The translations under genes were made by a program, and so were the position numbers. DNA of 64,000 nt from assembly GCA_030038755.1 (NCBI GenBank), contig JASHSK010000221.1, forward strand, positions 1,104-65,103. Direction: 5' to 3'. The DNA is from Gammaproteobacteria bacterium (GTDB lineage Bacteria; Pseudomonadota; Gammaproteobacteria; Steroidobacterales; Steroidobacteraceae). Positions within the stretch are counted from its first letter, which is position 1. Each line of letters starts with the position of its first letter. Below are positions 48,910 to 60,128 of this stretch, piece after piece. Below the pieces are notes generated by a model. It was not told the DNA's origin and ran no database searches. It was given only the letters and a program-made list of their open reading frames with translations.

Positions 48910-49395
48910 ATGAGAATCAGTGCCTCGATACGCGCGGCAGGCTGTGGCGCGCTGCTGGTGGGCTCGCTGCTGCTGGGTGGCGCCGGGTTGAGCTGCGCAC
49001 AGGATGCGCCGGCGGCGGCGCCGGCGGGAGCACCTGCGTCGGCGGCTGCGCACCGTCCCTTCATCCTGATGGTCGAGCTGACGGTGAAGCCGGACCGGGA
49101 GCAGGACTTCCTCAAGCTGCTGCAACAGATGAAGCAGCGCGTCGTGCATCAGGACCATGGCAACCTCGTCTACGAGCTGTTCGCCGTCGCACCCGCACGC
49201 CCGGCAGGGGCCGCGGCGGCGGCACAGGGCGCTGCGTCAGCCCCGGCGCACCAGTACGTCTTCCTCGAGGAGTGGCGCGATCAGGCGGCGGCGGCCGCCC
49301 ACGGTAAGTGGGCCGGGCCGATCGTGCGCACGAGCTGGCGCGAGATGACCGAGAGCATGCGGCTGGTGCCGCTGGATCGCGTCGCGCTGCGATAG
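48910..49395 (+). CDS. secreted ABM (antibiotic biosynthesis monooxygenase)-fold domain protein
   Basis: Signal peptide AAGCGALLVGSLLLGGAGLSCAQ, then FILMVELTVKPDREQDFLKLL...YVFLEEWRDQAAAAAH, typical of ABM/dimeric alpha-beta barrels. Only the last 161 codons of the 634-aa track ORF look real. Confidence 0.6.
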   Translation: MRISASIRAAGCGALLVGSLLLGGAGLSCAQDAPAAAPAGAPASAAAHRPFILMVELTVKPDREQDFLKLLQQMKQRVVHQDHGNLVYELFAVAPARPAGAAAAAQGAASAPAHQYVFLEEWRDQAAAAAHGKWAGPIVRTSWREMTESMRLVPLDRVALR

Positions 49396-49431
49396 GGCAA
49401 CGAGCGATCACCGCTGCAGCGGTGCGCAGAT

Positions 49432-51882
49432 ATGTCCACGACGCCTTCACCCGCACAGCCGCGCCGGACGGACCCGCTGCAGCAGCGCCTCGACGACGTG
49501 GGCTTCATGACCTGCATGACCATCGTGCTGCTGGGCAATTACGCGCAGACGGGTCATTTCGGCGGGCCGCTCGCCTATACGCCTTACAACGTCTGCGCAC
49601 ACCTGGCGGGGGCCGATCTGGGTGGCCTGAGATACGACTATCGCCGACCCAAGCACCCCTTCGGCGATAAGTTCATGCTGGCGGGTGGGCATAACATCCC
49701 GACCGGGTATGCGTTGTGGATGATCCTGGGGCAGGCGCTGGAACGCCGCTACCGGCTCACGGGCGACCGGCGCTATTACGTGGATCCGAAGGTCGCCATT
49801 CTGCCGATCGACGCCCTCGGGTTCCGGCGCGGCGCAGGCGCGCTCGAGACACTGTTACGCGACTGCGACCTGGCCGGTCATCCGTTGTTCGAGCAGGCGC
49901 GCCTGCGGGGCATCAAGGCCCTTGCCGGACATGCCGAGAGCACGGATGTCACCAACGACGTGAATGGCGGCCCCTCCGGCGTCGGCATTGCAACGGCCGC
50001 GGGCAAGGCCGCGTTCTGGGACATGATCGGGGCACCGCAGTCCCTCAAGATCATCGCGTTCGAGGGTGAGTTCGCCATGACGGAAGGTCATGCGCAGGAG
50101 CTCAAGACCCAGGCCCTGGCGCTGCAGGTGGGCAAGCGCCTGCGGATCCTGCTGTCCCACAACAACGCCGGCATCGATGACGTGCTGGTCGGCGGAGTCA
50201 TCCCCGCGAAGTTCAGCGGGTACGACCTGGTCAAACAATGGACCTCGTACGGCTGGAATGTCTTCGAGCTGGAAGATGGCAATGACTATGAGCAGATCAT
50301 CGGCGCCCTGACTGCCATGGAGCGATGGGATCCGGATGACCGGCGACCCATGATCGTCATTGGCCGCACGACGAAGGGGTACTGGCCCTGTCCGGTCGAG
50401 CGCCAGGTGGTCAGTTATCAGAGCCACCCCTACGGCATGAAGATGAACTCGGACTACTTCGTATCGCTGGCGAGGACGTTCGAGGAGCGATACGGGGTGC
50501 AGTTTCAGGGCATTCGCGCGGGTCCCGTCACCGACCCGCGTGAGCGGCTGATCCAGTTCAAGACCAATATCGACGTCGTGATGTCGGTACTCGACCGTCA
50601 TGGGCTCGGAGACTGGCTGGCGGACCGCCTCGTCGAGATCGGCGACAGCGTGCGGGACGATTTCCCCGTTCAGATCGATATCGGCACGGATCCGTTCCTC
50701 GACGAGCGGTTGCGCGTGGCGAACCTGCCCACCGAATCGCGGACGGTCACCGCGATCAACCGGGTCTCCGGCGCCGAAAAGCCGCTCTCCATTCGCCTGT
50801 TCCGTGAGCCCGGAGAAGTCGCCGGCACTCGCCGGGCAATCTCCGAAATCATCCGGTGGCTGAACTATGTCACCGGTGATCGGATGATCACGCTGGCGGC
50901 CGATCTGTCCGAATCGATCAATCTCGAGCACGGCAGCCTCTGGGGGCATTACGACCCGGTCACGAACCCGCTGGGAACGCGCGTCAAGGCCGCCATCCAG
51001 GAGGCTGGGAACGTATCGACGGCCATCGGCCTCGTGAGCCAGAGCGCGAGCCTCGATCCGACCCGATTCGCGGGGCTATGGGCGATCAGCGGAACGTATG
51101 GCGCATTCACCCCGCTCATGTACACGCCGGCGCGCGTGTGGAGCCAGCAGAATCAGGACAGCAGATTTCGCATGGGTGTGCTGCACATCCTGGCGGGCCA
51201 TTCCGGGCCCGAAACCGCGGCCGACGGACGCACTCACTTCGGCATCTTTGCCACGCAGGTGTGGAAGCTTTTCCCGCGAGGTCAGACCATTCATCTGAAC
51301 TTCTGGGATTACAATGATGTGGCTCCGGGCTATTTCGCCGCGGCGGAAATCGCGGCGCGGGATCCCAGGGTCGGGATCATTTCCATCGAGGTTGCGCGCC
51401 CGGACTTCCCGGTATCCGATCGCAGCAGATTCGCGGACCGGGATCTCAAGGCCGCCGCCAAGGGCTTATACGTGATCCGCGACTTCAGTGCCGGCCATCC
51501 GCGGCAGGGCTATGTGCTCGTGCAGGGCAGCAGCTCGACCGTGAATCTCGTGAGGCAGCTGCCGCACATCGAGCAGGCCGGCCTGAACGTCAAGATCATC
51601 GCCGTGGTCAGCGAAGAGCTGTTCGACCGCCAGCCCGCCGGCTATCGGCATGCGGTACTGCCACCCGAGGCGTATGGCGACGCCATGGTCATCAGCACGG
51701 GCACGCGCCGCCTGTGGCCGATCCGCAATCTCGGCCCGCAGACGGATGAATATTCCCTCACCTCCGACTGGCATGACGAATGGCTGACCGGGGGCCTGGA
51801 GGCGGATGTCATTGCCGAGGCTCATCTGGACGAGCACTCGATCTTCGACGGCATCAAAAGGTTTGCGTCGCGGCCTCGGTGA
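49432..51882 (+). CDS. divergent transketolase-like thiamine-diphosphate enzyme (816 aa)
   Basis: Blocks align to transketolase N-terminal motifs. GHFGGP corresponds to GHPGG, FMLAGGH to VLSNGH, AGHAES to GHPE, GGPSGVG to GPLGQG, and FEGEFAMTEG...SHNNAGID to GDGCLMEG...DDNGISID. Pyrimidine-binding and C-terminal-like regions follow. Confidence 0.65.
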   Translation: MSTTPSPAQPRRTDPLQQRLDDVGFMTCMTIVLLGNYAQTGHFGGPLAYTPYNVCAHLAGADLGGLRYDYRRPKHPFGDKFMLAGGHNIPTGYALWMILGQALERRYRLTGDRRYYVDPKVAILPIDALGFRRGAGALETLLRDCDLAGHPLFEQARLRGIKALAGHAESTDVTNDVNGGPSGVGIATAAGKAAFWDMIGAPQSLKIIAFEGEFAMTEGHAQELKTQALALQVGKRLRILLSHNNAGIDDVLVGGVIPAKFSGYDLVKQWTSYGWNVFELEDGNDYEQIIGALTAMERWDPDDRRPMIVIGRTTKGYWPCPVERQVVSYQSHPYGMKMNSDYFVSLARTFEERYGVQFQGIRAGPVTDPRERLIQFKTNIDVVMSVLDRHGLGDWLADRLVEIGDSVRDDFPVQIDIGTDPFLDERLRVANLPTESRTVTAINRVSGAEKPLSIRLFREPGEVAGTRRAISEIIRWLNYVTGDRMITLAADLSESINLEHGSLWGHYDPVTNPLGTRVKAAIQEAGNVSTAIGLVSQSASLDPTRFAGLWAISGTYGAFTPLMYTPARVWSQQNQDSRFRMGVLHILAGHSGPETAADGRTHFGIFATQVWKLFPRGQTIHLNFWDYNDVAPGYFAAAEIAARDPRVGIISIEVARPDFPVSDRSRFADRDLKAAAKGLYVIRDFSAGHPRQGYVLVQGSSSTVNLVRQLPHIEQAGLNVKIIAVVSEELFDRQPAGYRHAVLPPEAYGDAMVISTGTRRLWPIRNLGPQTDEYSLTSDWHDEWLTGGLEADVIAEAHLDEHSIFDGIKRFASRPR

Positions 51883-52465
51883 CGACACAGTCCATGCGGA
51901 TGTCGTGCGCCAGCGGATGGATCGTGGGGATGCGCGCCAGCTCGCAGGCGATTCCCACCAGACGCGGGCGCGGAACCAGCGTCGCCACGGTACGGTCGTA
52001 GTAGCCGCCGCCGTAGCCGAGTCGGAACCCCGCGGCATCGAAGCCCACCATGGGGATGAGCAGCGTATCGGGCTGCACGACGGCGCCGTCGGCCGGGTAG
52101 GGGATGTCGTAGACACCCACCTGCATGCGCGCACCGGGCTGCCAGAGGCGGAACTCCAGGGGCTCCTTCTTGACGCGAATCGTGGGCAGTGCGACCTGCA
52201 TGCCCTCGGCGATGCACTGTTGCAGCAGCGGCAGGGGATTGAACTCGCGCCGAATCGGCCAGTAGGCCCCCAGGATCGCCGGATGCAACGCTCCGAGCAC
52301 CGCCCCGAGGCGCTCGGCGATGGCCGCGGTAGCGGCCCGATGCGCGGCCGTCGGCACGTCGAGGCGCGCGGCCAGGAGCCGCTCGCGCTCGGCGCGCCGG
52401 AACGCCATGATGGCGTGGCGCGCCTCGGTCGCGCCCTCCGCAGCTGGTCCGCGCTCCCCGGACAT
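51854..52465 (-). CDS. 5-formyltetrahydrofolate cyclo-ligase
   Basis: R..LL..R motif, ILGAYWPIRREFN, and LIPMVGFDAAGFRLGYGGGYYDR, the signature of the 5-FCL family. The start lies 3 nt after the fhs stop. Confidence 0.85.
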   Translation of the reverse strand: MSGERGPAAEGATEARHAIMAFRRAERERLLAARLDVPTAAHRAATAAIAERLGAVLGALHPAILGAYWPIRREFNPLPLLQQCIAEGMQVALPTIRVKKEPLEFRLWQPGARMQVGVYDIPYPADGAVVQPDTLLIPMVGFDAAGFRLGYGGGYYDRTVATLVPRPRLVGIACELARIPTIHPLAHDIRMDCVVTEAATQTF

Positions 52466-52468
52466 TCC

Positions 52469-54178
52469 TCAGGACAGGCCGGAGATCAGGCCGTCGGCGC
52501 TGACCTGGATGTCTTCGGCCGAGGGCGCACGCGGCAGCCCCGGCATCGTCATGATCTCCCCGCAGATGACCACCACGAACTCCGCGCCGGCCGACAGGCG
52601 CACCTCGCGGACCGGCAGGGCGAAGCCGCTCGGGGCGCCGCGCAGCTCCGGATCGGCCGAGAAGCTGTACTGCGTCTTGGCCATGCACACCGGCAGGCGG
52701 CCGAATCCCAGCTGCTCGAACTCCTTGAGCCGATCGGCGACCGGCTTGGGGATCACGACTTCGCCGGCGCCGTAGATCTGCGTGGCGATCGTCTCGATCT
52801 TCTTGGCAAGCGGCAGCTCGTCCGGGTAGAGGGGTCGGAAATCGGCCTTGCCGCTCTCGACCGTCGACACCACGACACGGGCCAGTGCCTCGGCCCCGGC
52901 GCCGCCCTTGGCAAAGTGCTCGCACACCACCGCCGTGACGCCCACGGCGGCGCAACCGTCCACGACGGCGGCAAGCTCCGCCTCGGTGTCGCTGCCGAAG
53001 CGGTTGATGCACACGACCGCGGGCACGCCGAAGCGCGCGACGTTGTCCAGGTGGCGGCGCAGATTGGCGAGGCCGCGGGTGACGGCCGAGGGGTTCGGCG
53101 TGGCGAGCTCGGCCTTGGGAGCTCCGCCGTGCATCTTCAATGCGCGCACGCTGGCGACCACCACGGCGACGTCCGGCGTCAGCCCGGCCTTGCGGCACTT
53201 GATGTCGAAGAACTTCTCCGCGCCCAGGTCCGCGCCGAAGCCGCACTCGGTGACCGTGTAGTCGGCCAGGCGCAGCGCGAGAGAAGTGGCGATCACGGAG
53301 TTGCAGCCGTGCGCGATGTTGGCGAACGGTCCGCCGTGCACGAAGGCCGGATTGTTCTCCAGCGTCTGTACCAGATTGGGCTTGAGAGCATCCTTCAGCA
53401 GCGCGGTCAGCGCGCCCTCGGCCTTGAGATCACCGGCGCGCACCGGCTTCTTGTCGCGCGTGCTGGCCACCACGATGTTGGCCAGGCGGCGCTGCAGATC
53501 CTGCAGCGAGGTCGCCAGGCACAGGATCGCCATGATCTCGCTGGCCGCGGTGATGTCGAACCCGTCCTCGCGCGGATAGCCGTTGGCGGCTCCGCCGAGG
53601 GACGAAACGATCGAGCGCAGTGCGCGGTCGTTCATATCGAGACAGCGCCGCCAGGTCACGCGACGCGAATCGATGCCCAGGGAGTTACCCCAGTACACGT
53701 GGTTGTCGATCAGCGCCGCGAGCAGGTTGTTCGCGGCGGTCACGGCGTGGATATCGCCGGTGAAATGCAGGTTGATCTCGTCCATCGGCACGACCTGCGA
53801 GCGGCCACCGCCGGCCGCGCCGCCCTTCATGCCGAAGCACGGGCCCAGGCTCGCCTCGCGCAGGCAGATTGCCGTGCGCTTGCCGATGCGGTTGAGCGCA
53901 TCGCCGAGCCCCACCGTCGTGGTGGTCTTGCCCTCGCCGGCAGGCGTCGGGTTGATCGCCGTGACCAGTACCAGCCGCCCCGGTCGCCGTTCGGCCAGCA
54001 CCTTGCGGATGAACGCCATGCTGATCTTCGCCTTGGTCTGGCCATAGGGCTCGACCGCGTCGGCGGGAATCCCGAGCTTTTCCTGTGCAATGCGCGTGAT
54101 GGGCCACAGTTGCGCGGCGTTGGCAATCTCCCAGTCGCTCTGCGGGACTGCCTTGGCCGTTGCGGTGCTGGTGCTCAT
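52469..54178 (-). CDS. fhs: formate-tetrahydrofolate ligase
   Basis: [16 protein letters not shown]-loop, [14 protein letters not shown], and [21 protein letters not shown]. ~569 aa. Confidence 0.95.
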   Translation of the reverse strand: MSTSTATAKAVPQSDWEIANAAQLWPITRIAQEKLGIPADAVEPYGQTKAKISMAFIRKVLAERRPGRLVLVTAINPTPAGEGKTTTTVGLGDALNRIGKRTAICLREASLGPCFGMKGGAAGGGRSQVVPMDEINLHFTGDIHAVTAANNLLAALIDNHVYWGNSLGIDSRRVTWRRCLDMNDRALRSIVSSLGGAANGYPREDGFDITAASEIMAILCLATSLQDLQRRLANIVVASTRDKKPVRAGDLKAEGALTALLKDALKPNLVQTLENNPAFVHGGPFANIAHGCNSVIATSLALRLADYTVTECGFGADLGAEKFFDIKCRKAGLTPDVAVVVASVRALKMHGGAPKAELATPNPSAVTRGLANLRRHLDNVARFGVPAVVCINRFGSDTEAELAAVVDGCAAVGVTAVVCEHFAKGGAGAEALARVVVSTVESGKADFRPLYPDELPLAKKIETIATQIYGAGEVVIPKPVADRLKEFEQLGFGRLPVCMAKTQYSFSADPELRGAPSGFALPVREVRLSAGAEFVVVICGEIMTMPGLPRAPSAEDIQVSADGLISGLS

Positions 54179-54244
54179 GTTGGGTGACTCGCAGTAGGGG
54201 TTGCCTGGTGGTGGTTGGTGGACGGGGGCGCTGATGGATTGACG

Positions 54245-55180
54245 CTAGCTGGTCCCGGCGCGCGCGCACGCCGCGTCGATGGTATTGGACAGCAGCATGG
54301 CAATGGTCATCGGGCCCAGGCCGCCGGGGACGGGCGTGATCCAGCCGGCCCGCTCGGCCGCGCGCTCGAACTCGACGTCGCCGCACAGCTTGCCGTTGGC
54401 TGCCCAGCTGATGCCGACGTCGAACACGGCCGCGCCGGGGCGGATCCAGTCGCCACGGATCAGGCCGGCCTTGCCGACCGCCGACACCAGCACCTCGGCG
54501 CGCTCCACGTCCGCACGCAGGTCACGCGTGGCGATGTGGCAGACCGTGACCGTCGCTTCGGCGAGCAGCAGCTCCATGGCCATCGGGCGACCCACGATGG
54601 TGGAGTCTCCGACCACCGTGGCCTTCACGCCGCGCAGCGCGATGCCGTATTCCTGCGCCAGCCGGATGACGCCGTAGGGGGTGCACGGTCGCAGACGCGG
54701 GCGCTTCTGGGCCAGCAGCCCGAAGTTGACCGGGTGAAAGCCGTCGACGTCCTTGCGCGGATCGATGGCGTCCATGATGCGATCCGGGCTCAACCCGCCC
54801 GGCAGCGGCAGCTGCACCAGGATGCCATCCACCCGCTCGTCGCGGTTCAATTCCGCGATCAGCGCGAGCAGCTGCGACTCCGCCGTGGCCGCGGGCAGGT
54901 CATGTCCGAAGGACTCGATACCCGCCTCCTGGCAGGCCTTGCGCTTGTAGCTCACGTAGACGCTCGAGGCGCGGTCCTCGCCGACCTGCACGACCGCGAG
55001 GCCGGGACGCCGGCCGGTACGCGCCGCGAAGCCCGCAGCGCGTGCCGCGACCTCGTGGCGAACCTTTCTCGCCAGCGCGGCACCGTCCATGACGACGGCA
55101 CGACCCGCCGGCGCACTCGACGCGCTGCGCGCCGCCGGGGCCGCCGGCCTGGCCGCTGTGACTGCCTCGCGCTCGGACAT
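54245..55180 (-). CDS. folD: bifunctional methylene-THF dehydrogenase / methenyl-THF cyclohydrolase
   Basis: Has ..DGAALARKVR..., PGLAVVQVGEDRASSVYV..K, DGILVQLPLP, VVGDSTIVGRPMA and TPVPGGLGPMT. The start may be the internal M at 55090. Confidence 0.92.
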   Translation of the reverse strand: MSEREAVTAARPAAPAARSASSAPAGRAVVMDGAALARKVRHEVAARAAGFAARTGRRPGLAVVQVGEDRASSVYVSYKRKACQEAGIESFGHDLPAATAESQLLALIAELNRDERVDGILVQLPLPGGLSPDRIMDAIDPRKDVDGFHPVNFGLLAQKRPRLRPCTPYGVIRLAQEYGIALRGVKATVVGDSTIVGRPMAMELLLAEATVTVCHIATRDLRADVERAEVLVSAVGKAGLIRGDWIRPGAAVFDVGISWAANGKLCGDVEFERAAERAGWITPVPGGLGPMTIAMLLSNTIDAACARAGTS

Positions 55181-55328
55181 CCTCTGCTACCTCGATCTAC
55201 TGCCCGTGCGCGCCACGCGCACGGCGTGCCGCGCGCCACGGGGCGCACCAGGGCTGTCTGCCTGCGATGATCGGACCGGACACCGCGTCGCTGCCCTGAG
55301 GATGCGGGCGCGGTGTCCGCGCATTCGA

Positions 55329-56750
55329 TCAGTACCGGTAATGATCGGCCTTGTACGGGCCAGCCTTGCTGACGCCGATGTACCTGGCCTGCACGTCGGA
55401 GAGCTCGGTGAGCTGCGCATTGAGCTTCTTCAACTGCAGCCGCGCGACCTTCTCGTCCAGGTGCTTGGGCAGCACGTACACGCCGATCGGGTATTTCGCC
55501 GTGTGGGTGAACAGCTCGATCTGCGCCATGGTCTGATTGGCGAACGAGGAGCTCATCACGTAGCTGGGATGCCCGGTGCCGCAGCCCAGATTCACCAGCC
55601 GCCCTTCGGCCAGCAGGATGATGCGCCTGCCGTCCGGGAAGATGATGTGATCGACCTGTGGCTTGATGTTCTCCCACTGGTACTGCTTGAGCGCCGCGAC
55701 CTCGATCTCGTTGTCGAAGTGCCCGATGTTGCACACGATCGCGTTGTTCTTCATACGCTTCATGTGCTCGTGGGTGATGACGTGGAAGTTGCCGGTGGCG
55801 GTCACGAAGATGTCGGCCTTGTCGGCGGCGTAGTCCATGGTGACCACGCGATAGCCCTCCATCGCGGCCTGCAGCGCGCAGATCGGATCGATCTCGGTCA
55901 CCCACACCTGCGCCGACAGGGCGCGCAGCGCCTGGGCCGAGCCCTTGCCCACATCGCCGTAGCCCGCGACCAGGGCGATCTTGCCGGCCACCATCACGTC
56001 GGTGGCGCGCTTGATGCCGTCGACCAGCGATTCGCGGCAGCCGTACAGGTTGTCGAACTTGGACTTGGTGACCGAGTCGTTGACGTTGAAGGCCGGGAAT
56101 GCGAGCTCCCCGTCCTTGGCCATGTGATACAGGCGCTTGACCCCCGTGGTGGTCTCCTCGCTGACGCCCTTGATGGCCTTCAGGCGCGTGGAGTACCAGG
56201 TCGGATCCTTTTTCAGCGTCTCGCGGATGGCCGCGAACAGCGCCTCCTCTTCCTCGCTGGTCGGCTTGGCGATGACCGAGGGGTCACGCTCGGCCTTCGT
56301 GCCCAGGTGCAGCAGCAGTGTCGCGTCCCCGCCGTCATCGAGGATCATGTTCGAGTAGCCGCCGTCCGGCCACACGAAGGTACGGTGCGTGAAGTCCCAG
56401 TACTCGGTCAGCGACTCGCCCTTGTAGGCGAACACCGCGGTACCGCGCGCGGCGATGGCCGCGGCGGCATGATCCTGCGTCGAGAAGATGTTGCACGAAG
56501 CCCAGCGCACCTGGGCACCGAGTGCCTGCAGCGTCTCGATCAGCACCGCCGTCTGGATCGTCATGTGCAACGAGCCGGTGATGCGCGCGCCGCGCAGCGG
56601 CTGGCTGGCGGCATACTCCTCGCGGATGGCCATCAGGCCGGGCATCTCGGTCTCCGCGATGAGGATTTCCTTGCGTCCCCAGTCCGCGAGCTTGATGTCG
56701 GCGATTCGGTAGGGATCCTTGCCGACGCTCGATTGCAGTACTGCGTTCAT
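55329..56750 (-). CDS. ahcY: adenosylhomocysteinase
   Basis: [42 protein letters not shown], and NAD motif [11 protein letters not shown]-terminal KADHYRY. M at 56750 is preceded by ggagaa; the track ORF extends to 56810. Confidence 0.95.
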   Translation of the reverse strand: MNAVLQSSVGKDPYRIADIKLADWGRKEILIAETEMPGLMAIREEYAASQPLRGARITGSLHMTIQTAVLIETLQALGAQVRWASCNIFSTQDHAAAAIAARGTAVFAYKGESLTEYWDFTHRTFVWPDGGYSNMILDDGGDATLLLHLGTKAERDPSVIAKPTSEEEEALFAAIRETLKKDPTWYSTRLKAIKGVSEETTTGVKRLYHMAKDGELAFPAFNVNDSVTKSKFDNLYGCRESLVDGIKRATDVMVAGKIALVAGYGDVGKGSAQALRALSAQVWVTEIDPICALQAAMEGYRVVTMDYAADKADIFVTATGNFHVITHEHMKRMKNNAIVCNIGHFDNEIEVAALKQYQWENIKPQVDHIIFPDGRRIILLAEGRLVNLGCGTGHPSYVMSSSFANQTMAQIELFTHTAKYPIGVYVLPKHLDEKVARLQLKKLNAQLTELSDVQARYIGVSKAGPYKADHYRY

Positions 56751-56822
56751 TGATCTGTTCTCCATCCGATAGGTACGGCCGTCACCGGCCACCGCGGGCA
56801 GTGCCCGCATTCGCTGTGCCTC

Positions 56823-58007
56823 TCAACCGACGGCGCGCGCCTTCACACCGGCATCGGCTGCCAGCGCCTGTGCCTTGTCGGTCTTCTCCCAGGTGAAGCT
56901 CGGCAGCTCGCGGCCGAAGTGACCGTAGGCCGCGGTCTGCTGATAGATCGGGCGCAGCAGGTCGAGCATCTGGATGATGCCCTTCGGGCGCAGGTCGAAG
57001 TGCTTGAGCACCAGCTCCTCGAGCTTCTCGTCGGAGATCTTGCTGGTGCCGAAGGTGGTCACCATGACGCTCGTGGGGCGCGCGACGCCGATCGCATAGG
57101 ACACCTGCACCTGGGCGCGCGTGGCGAGCCCGGCGGCGACGATGTTCTTGGCGACGTAGCGGGCGGCATAGGCAGCCGAGCGATCGACCTTGGAAGGATC
57201 CTTGCCCGAGAACGCGCCGCCACCGTGAGGAGCGGCACCGCCGTAGGTGTCCACGATGATCTTGCGACCGGTCAGACCGCAGTCACCCTGCGGTCCGCCG
57301 ACCACGAAGCGGCCGGTGGGGTTCACCAGAAAGCGGATGCTCTTGCCGATCAAGTCCTTCGGCAGCACCGGCTTGATGATCTCCTCGATCACCGCCTCGG
57401 AGAGCTTGCCGTGCTCGATCTCAGGCGCGTGCTGCGTGGAGATCACGACGGTGTCGATATCCTTGGGCTTGCCATCCACGTAGCGCAGCGTGACCTGCGA
57501 CTTGGCGTCCGGGCGCAGCCACGGAAGCCTGCCCGAGCGACGCAGCTCCGCCTGGCGCTCCACCAGGCGGTGGGCCAGATGGATCGGCAGCGGCATCAGC
57601 TCCGGGGTCTCGTTGCAGGCGTAGCCGAACATCATGCCCTGGTCGCCCGCGCCCTGCTCGAGGTTCAGCCCGCGCCCCTCGTCAACGCCCTGCGCGATGT
57701 CCGGGGACTGCTTGTCGTAGGCGACCAGCACGGCGCAGCCGCGGTAGTCGATGCCGTACTCGGTATTGTCGTAGCCGATGCGCTTGATGGTCTCGCGCGC
57801 CAGCGTCTGGTAGTCGACCGTGGCCTTGGAGGTGATTTCGCCTGCGAGCACTACCAGGCCCGTGCTGACCAGCGTCTCGGCGCCTACGCGGGAATATTTG
57901 TCCTGTTCCAGCAGCGCGTCGAGAATCGTGTCCGAGATTGCATCGGCGACCTTGTCCGGATGTCCTTCGGAGACCGACTCGGAGGTAAACAGATATTCGT
58001 TGGCCAT
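56823..58007 (-). CDS. metK: S-adenosylmethionine synthetase
   Basis: [34 protein letters not shown]...[20 protein letters not shown] at 58007; the 553-aa track ORF is an upstream extension. Confidence 0.95.
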   Translation of the reverse strand: MANEYLFTSESVSEGHPDKVADAISDTILDALLEQDKYSRVGAETLVSTGLVVLAGEITSKATVDYQTLARETIKRIGYDNTEYGIDYRGCAVLVAYDKQSPDIAQGVDEGRGLNLEQGAGDQGMMFGYACNETPELMPLPIHLAHRLVERQAELRRSGRLPWLRPDAKSQVTLRYVDGKPKDIDTVVISTQHAPEIEHGKLSEAVIEEIIKPVLPKDLIGKSIRFLVNPTGRFVVGGPQGDCGLTGRKIIVDTYGGAAPHGGGAFSGKDPSKVDRSAAYAARYVAKNIVAAGLATRAQVQVSYAIGVARPTSVMVTTFGTSKISDEKLEELVLKHFDLRPKGIIQMLDLLRPIYQQTAAYGHFGRELPSFTWEKTDKAQALAADAGVKARAVG

Positions 58008-58093
58008 GGCGTAATCCTGCAATAGGTGTGAGTTTCGTGTAGGGAAGATTGATGTGTGAATCGCTGGTGAAGAATCCCGTGAATGCGTACTGA

Positions 58094-59134
58094 TCAGCTG
58101 CCGGTGCGCGTGCGCGCGGCGCCCGCGGCACTCGCGGCGCCCGCGCCGAAGCTTTCGGCGAGCCGCCGGTCGAATTCCTCGCGCGTGAAGCGATGATTCT
58201 GCGTGCCGCGCGTCTCGATCTTGATCGCCCCCATCAGCGAGGCGATGCGTCCGGTGCTCTGCCAGTCCAGGCCGTGCAGCAGGCCGTGCAGGATACCGGC
58301 GCGATAGGCATCGCCGCAGCCGGTCGGATCGACCACGGCGCGCGGCTTGGCGCTGGGAATCTCCAGATCCCCGTCGCGCGTGTGTATGAGCGAGCCCTGC
58401 GAGCCGCGCGTGACGATCAGCGCCTGCACGCGCGCCGTGAGGTCGCGCACGCTCCAGCCGGTCTTCTGCTGCACCATCTGCCACTCGTAGTCGTTGACCG
58501 CGACCCAGGTGGCCTGGCCGACGAAGGTGTCCAGCTCCTCGCGCCCGAACATCGGCAGGCCCTGGCCGGGATCGAAAATGAAGGGGATGCCGGCGTCGGC
58601 GAACTGCTTGGCGTGCTGGATCATGCCATCGCGCCCGTCGGGAGCGACGATGCCGACGGCGATGTCACGCGCGTCGGTGGCGCGATTGAGGTGCGAGGAC
58701 TGCATGGCGCCGGGGTGAAAGGCGGTGATCTGGTTATCGTCCAGATCGGTGGTGATGAACGCCTGCGCGGTCAGCGCGTCCTCGATCACGCGGATGTAAT
58801 CGGTCGGCACGCCGTTCGTCACCATCCACTCACGGTAGGCGCCGAAGTCGCTGCCGACGGTGGCCATCGGATAGCCGCGGTCGCCGAGCAGCTTGAGCCC
58901 GTAGGCGATGTTGCCCGCACAGCCGCCGTACTCGCGCCGCAGCTGCGGCACGAGGAACGATACGTTCAGCATGTGGATCTTGTCGGGCAGGATGTGGTTC
59001 TTGAAGCGATCGCCGAACACCATGATGTTGTCGAACGCGACCGATCCACAGATCAGGGCGCTGCGCGATGCGCCGGCGGCGCGCGGCGCACCGTGCGCGG
59101 CGGCGTGCGCGGCTGGGGCGGGGGAATTGGCCAT
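58094..59134 (-). CDS. PfkB-family carbohydrate/nucleoside kinase, adenosine kinase-like
   Basis: PfkB signatures GG.AGN.A and [12 protein letters not shown]. Bacterial adenosine-kinase-like length. Methyl-cycle context (adenosine is the AhcY product). Confidence 0.7.
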   Translation of the reverse strand: MANSPAPAAHAAAHGAPRAAGASRSALICGSVAFDNIMVFGDRFKNHILPDKIHMLNVSFLVPQLRREYGGCAGNIAYGLKLLGDRGYPMATVGSDFGAYREWMVTNGVPTDYIRVIEDALTAQAFITTDLDDNQITAFHPGAMQSSHLNRATDARDIAVGIVAPDGRDGMIQHAKQFADAGIPFIFDPGQGLPMFGREELDTFVGQATWVAVNDYEWQMVQQKTGWSVRDLTARVQALIVTRGSQGSLIHTRDGDLEIPSAKPRAVVDPTGCGDAYRAGILHGLLHGLDWQSTGRIASLMGAIKIETRGTQNHRFTREEFDRRLAESFGAGAASAAGAARTRTGS

Positions 59135-59201
59135 GGATACGGTTCTCGCTGTCTGTCGGGTCAGGTTGCCATCGATTGCGGATATCGGTGCCGGGGTGCG
59201 C

Positions 59202-60128
59202 TCAGCTCATCTGGAACTTGCCGCCATCCTCCGGCAGCTCGAAGCGTCCCTCGGCCACGCGCCGCAGCCACTGTGCGGTGGCGACCGTGCCTCCGAACGC
59301 GAAGAAGTGCGGCTTCACCAGATGCGTCGTGCCGCTGCCGGCGCCCAGGCCCACCAGTTCCACGAGCATCTCGTCGGGGGAGGTGGCCAAGCCCACCATT
59401 TTACGCATGGTCGCCATGTTCTTCATCACCGCGCGGAGCGAGGCACCCACGCCACATTGCATCGCGAACTTGATCAGCTTGGGCAGCGGCGTCGGTCCGG
59501 CGATGCCCACGTGCACCGGCAGGCCGATGCCGTGCTCTTTCAGGGCGCGCTCGAAACCGCCCACGGCCTGCGGATCGAAGCTGAACTGCGTGACGATGTG
59601 CACCTTCAGGCCGCTGGCCAGCGCAAACGCCTGCTTGCGCGTCAGCGCCTGCCACAGCGCCGCGGTGCCGATGGCGGGATTGCCCTCGGGGTGGCCGGCG
59701 ACGCCGATGCGCGGCATGCGCACCTGCTCCAGACAGCCCGAATCGAGCACATCGAGCGTACTGGTGAAACCGCCGGCCGGCTCGGCCAGATCCCCGGCGA
59801 TGAGCAGCACCTGCTCGACGCCGCCCTCGCGCAGCTGGCCGAGCGCGCGCGCCAGGGCCTCGCGGCTCTGCAGGCGCCGCGCGACGATGTGCGGGGAGGC
59901 CGGCAGGCCCAGGGCCTGCAGCTTCACCGCGACGCGCACCACCTGATCGAGCGTGGCTTTGGGCGTGTGCGCCACGTAGACGGGAGTGCCGGGCGGCAGC
60001 TCCGCGGCGAGCGTCGCCAACTGCTCCTCGTCGTGCGTGGAGATCTCGATGGAGGCGTCGCGCGCAAAATCGACAATGCGGCGCTTGAGCTGCTCCGCCG
60101 TCAGCGGCGTTGTGATCACGGCGTTCAT
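59202..60128 (-). CDS. metF: methylenetetrahydrofolate reductase (MetF) family protein, divergent type
   Basis: Blocks align with E. coli MetF. LIAGD corresponds to ALRGD, VAGHPEGNP to AAYPEVHPEA, IVTQFSFD to AITQFFFD, and VGIAGP to IPGILP. Confidence 0.75.
   Translation of the reverse strand: MNAVITTPLTAEQLKRRIVDFARDASIEISTHDEEQLATLAAELPPGTPVYVAHTPKATLDQVVRVAVKLQALGLPASPHIVARRLQSREALARALGQLREGGVEQVLLIAGDLAEPAGGFTSTLDVLDSGCLEQVRMPRIGVAGHPEGNPAIGTAALWQALTRKQAFALASGLKVHIVTQFSFDPQAVGGFERALKEHGIGLPVHVGIAGPTPLPKLIKFAMQCGVGASLRAVMKNMATMRKMVGLATSPDEMLVELVGLGAGSGTTHLVKPHFFAFGGTVATAQWLRRVAEGRFELPEDGGKFQMS

Noticed and set aside
56751-56822. Possible SAH riboswitch in the 72-nt gap upstream of ahcY.
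   Set aside because: The leader (GAGGCACAGCGAAUGCGGGCACUGCCCGCGGUGGCCGGUGACGGCC...) forms two small GC hairpins. It lacks the conserved SAH-element core strings as I remember them (AGGAGCGCUGC ... AACGGCGCUC). The hairpins more likely form a metK terminator/attenuator. An Infernal scan would settle it.
58008-58093. Possible SAM riboswitch upstream of metK.
   Set aside because: The 86-nt AU-richer leader shows no recognisable SAM-I/SAM-II core or convincing pseudoknot by eye.
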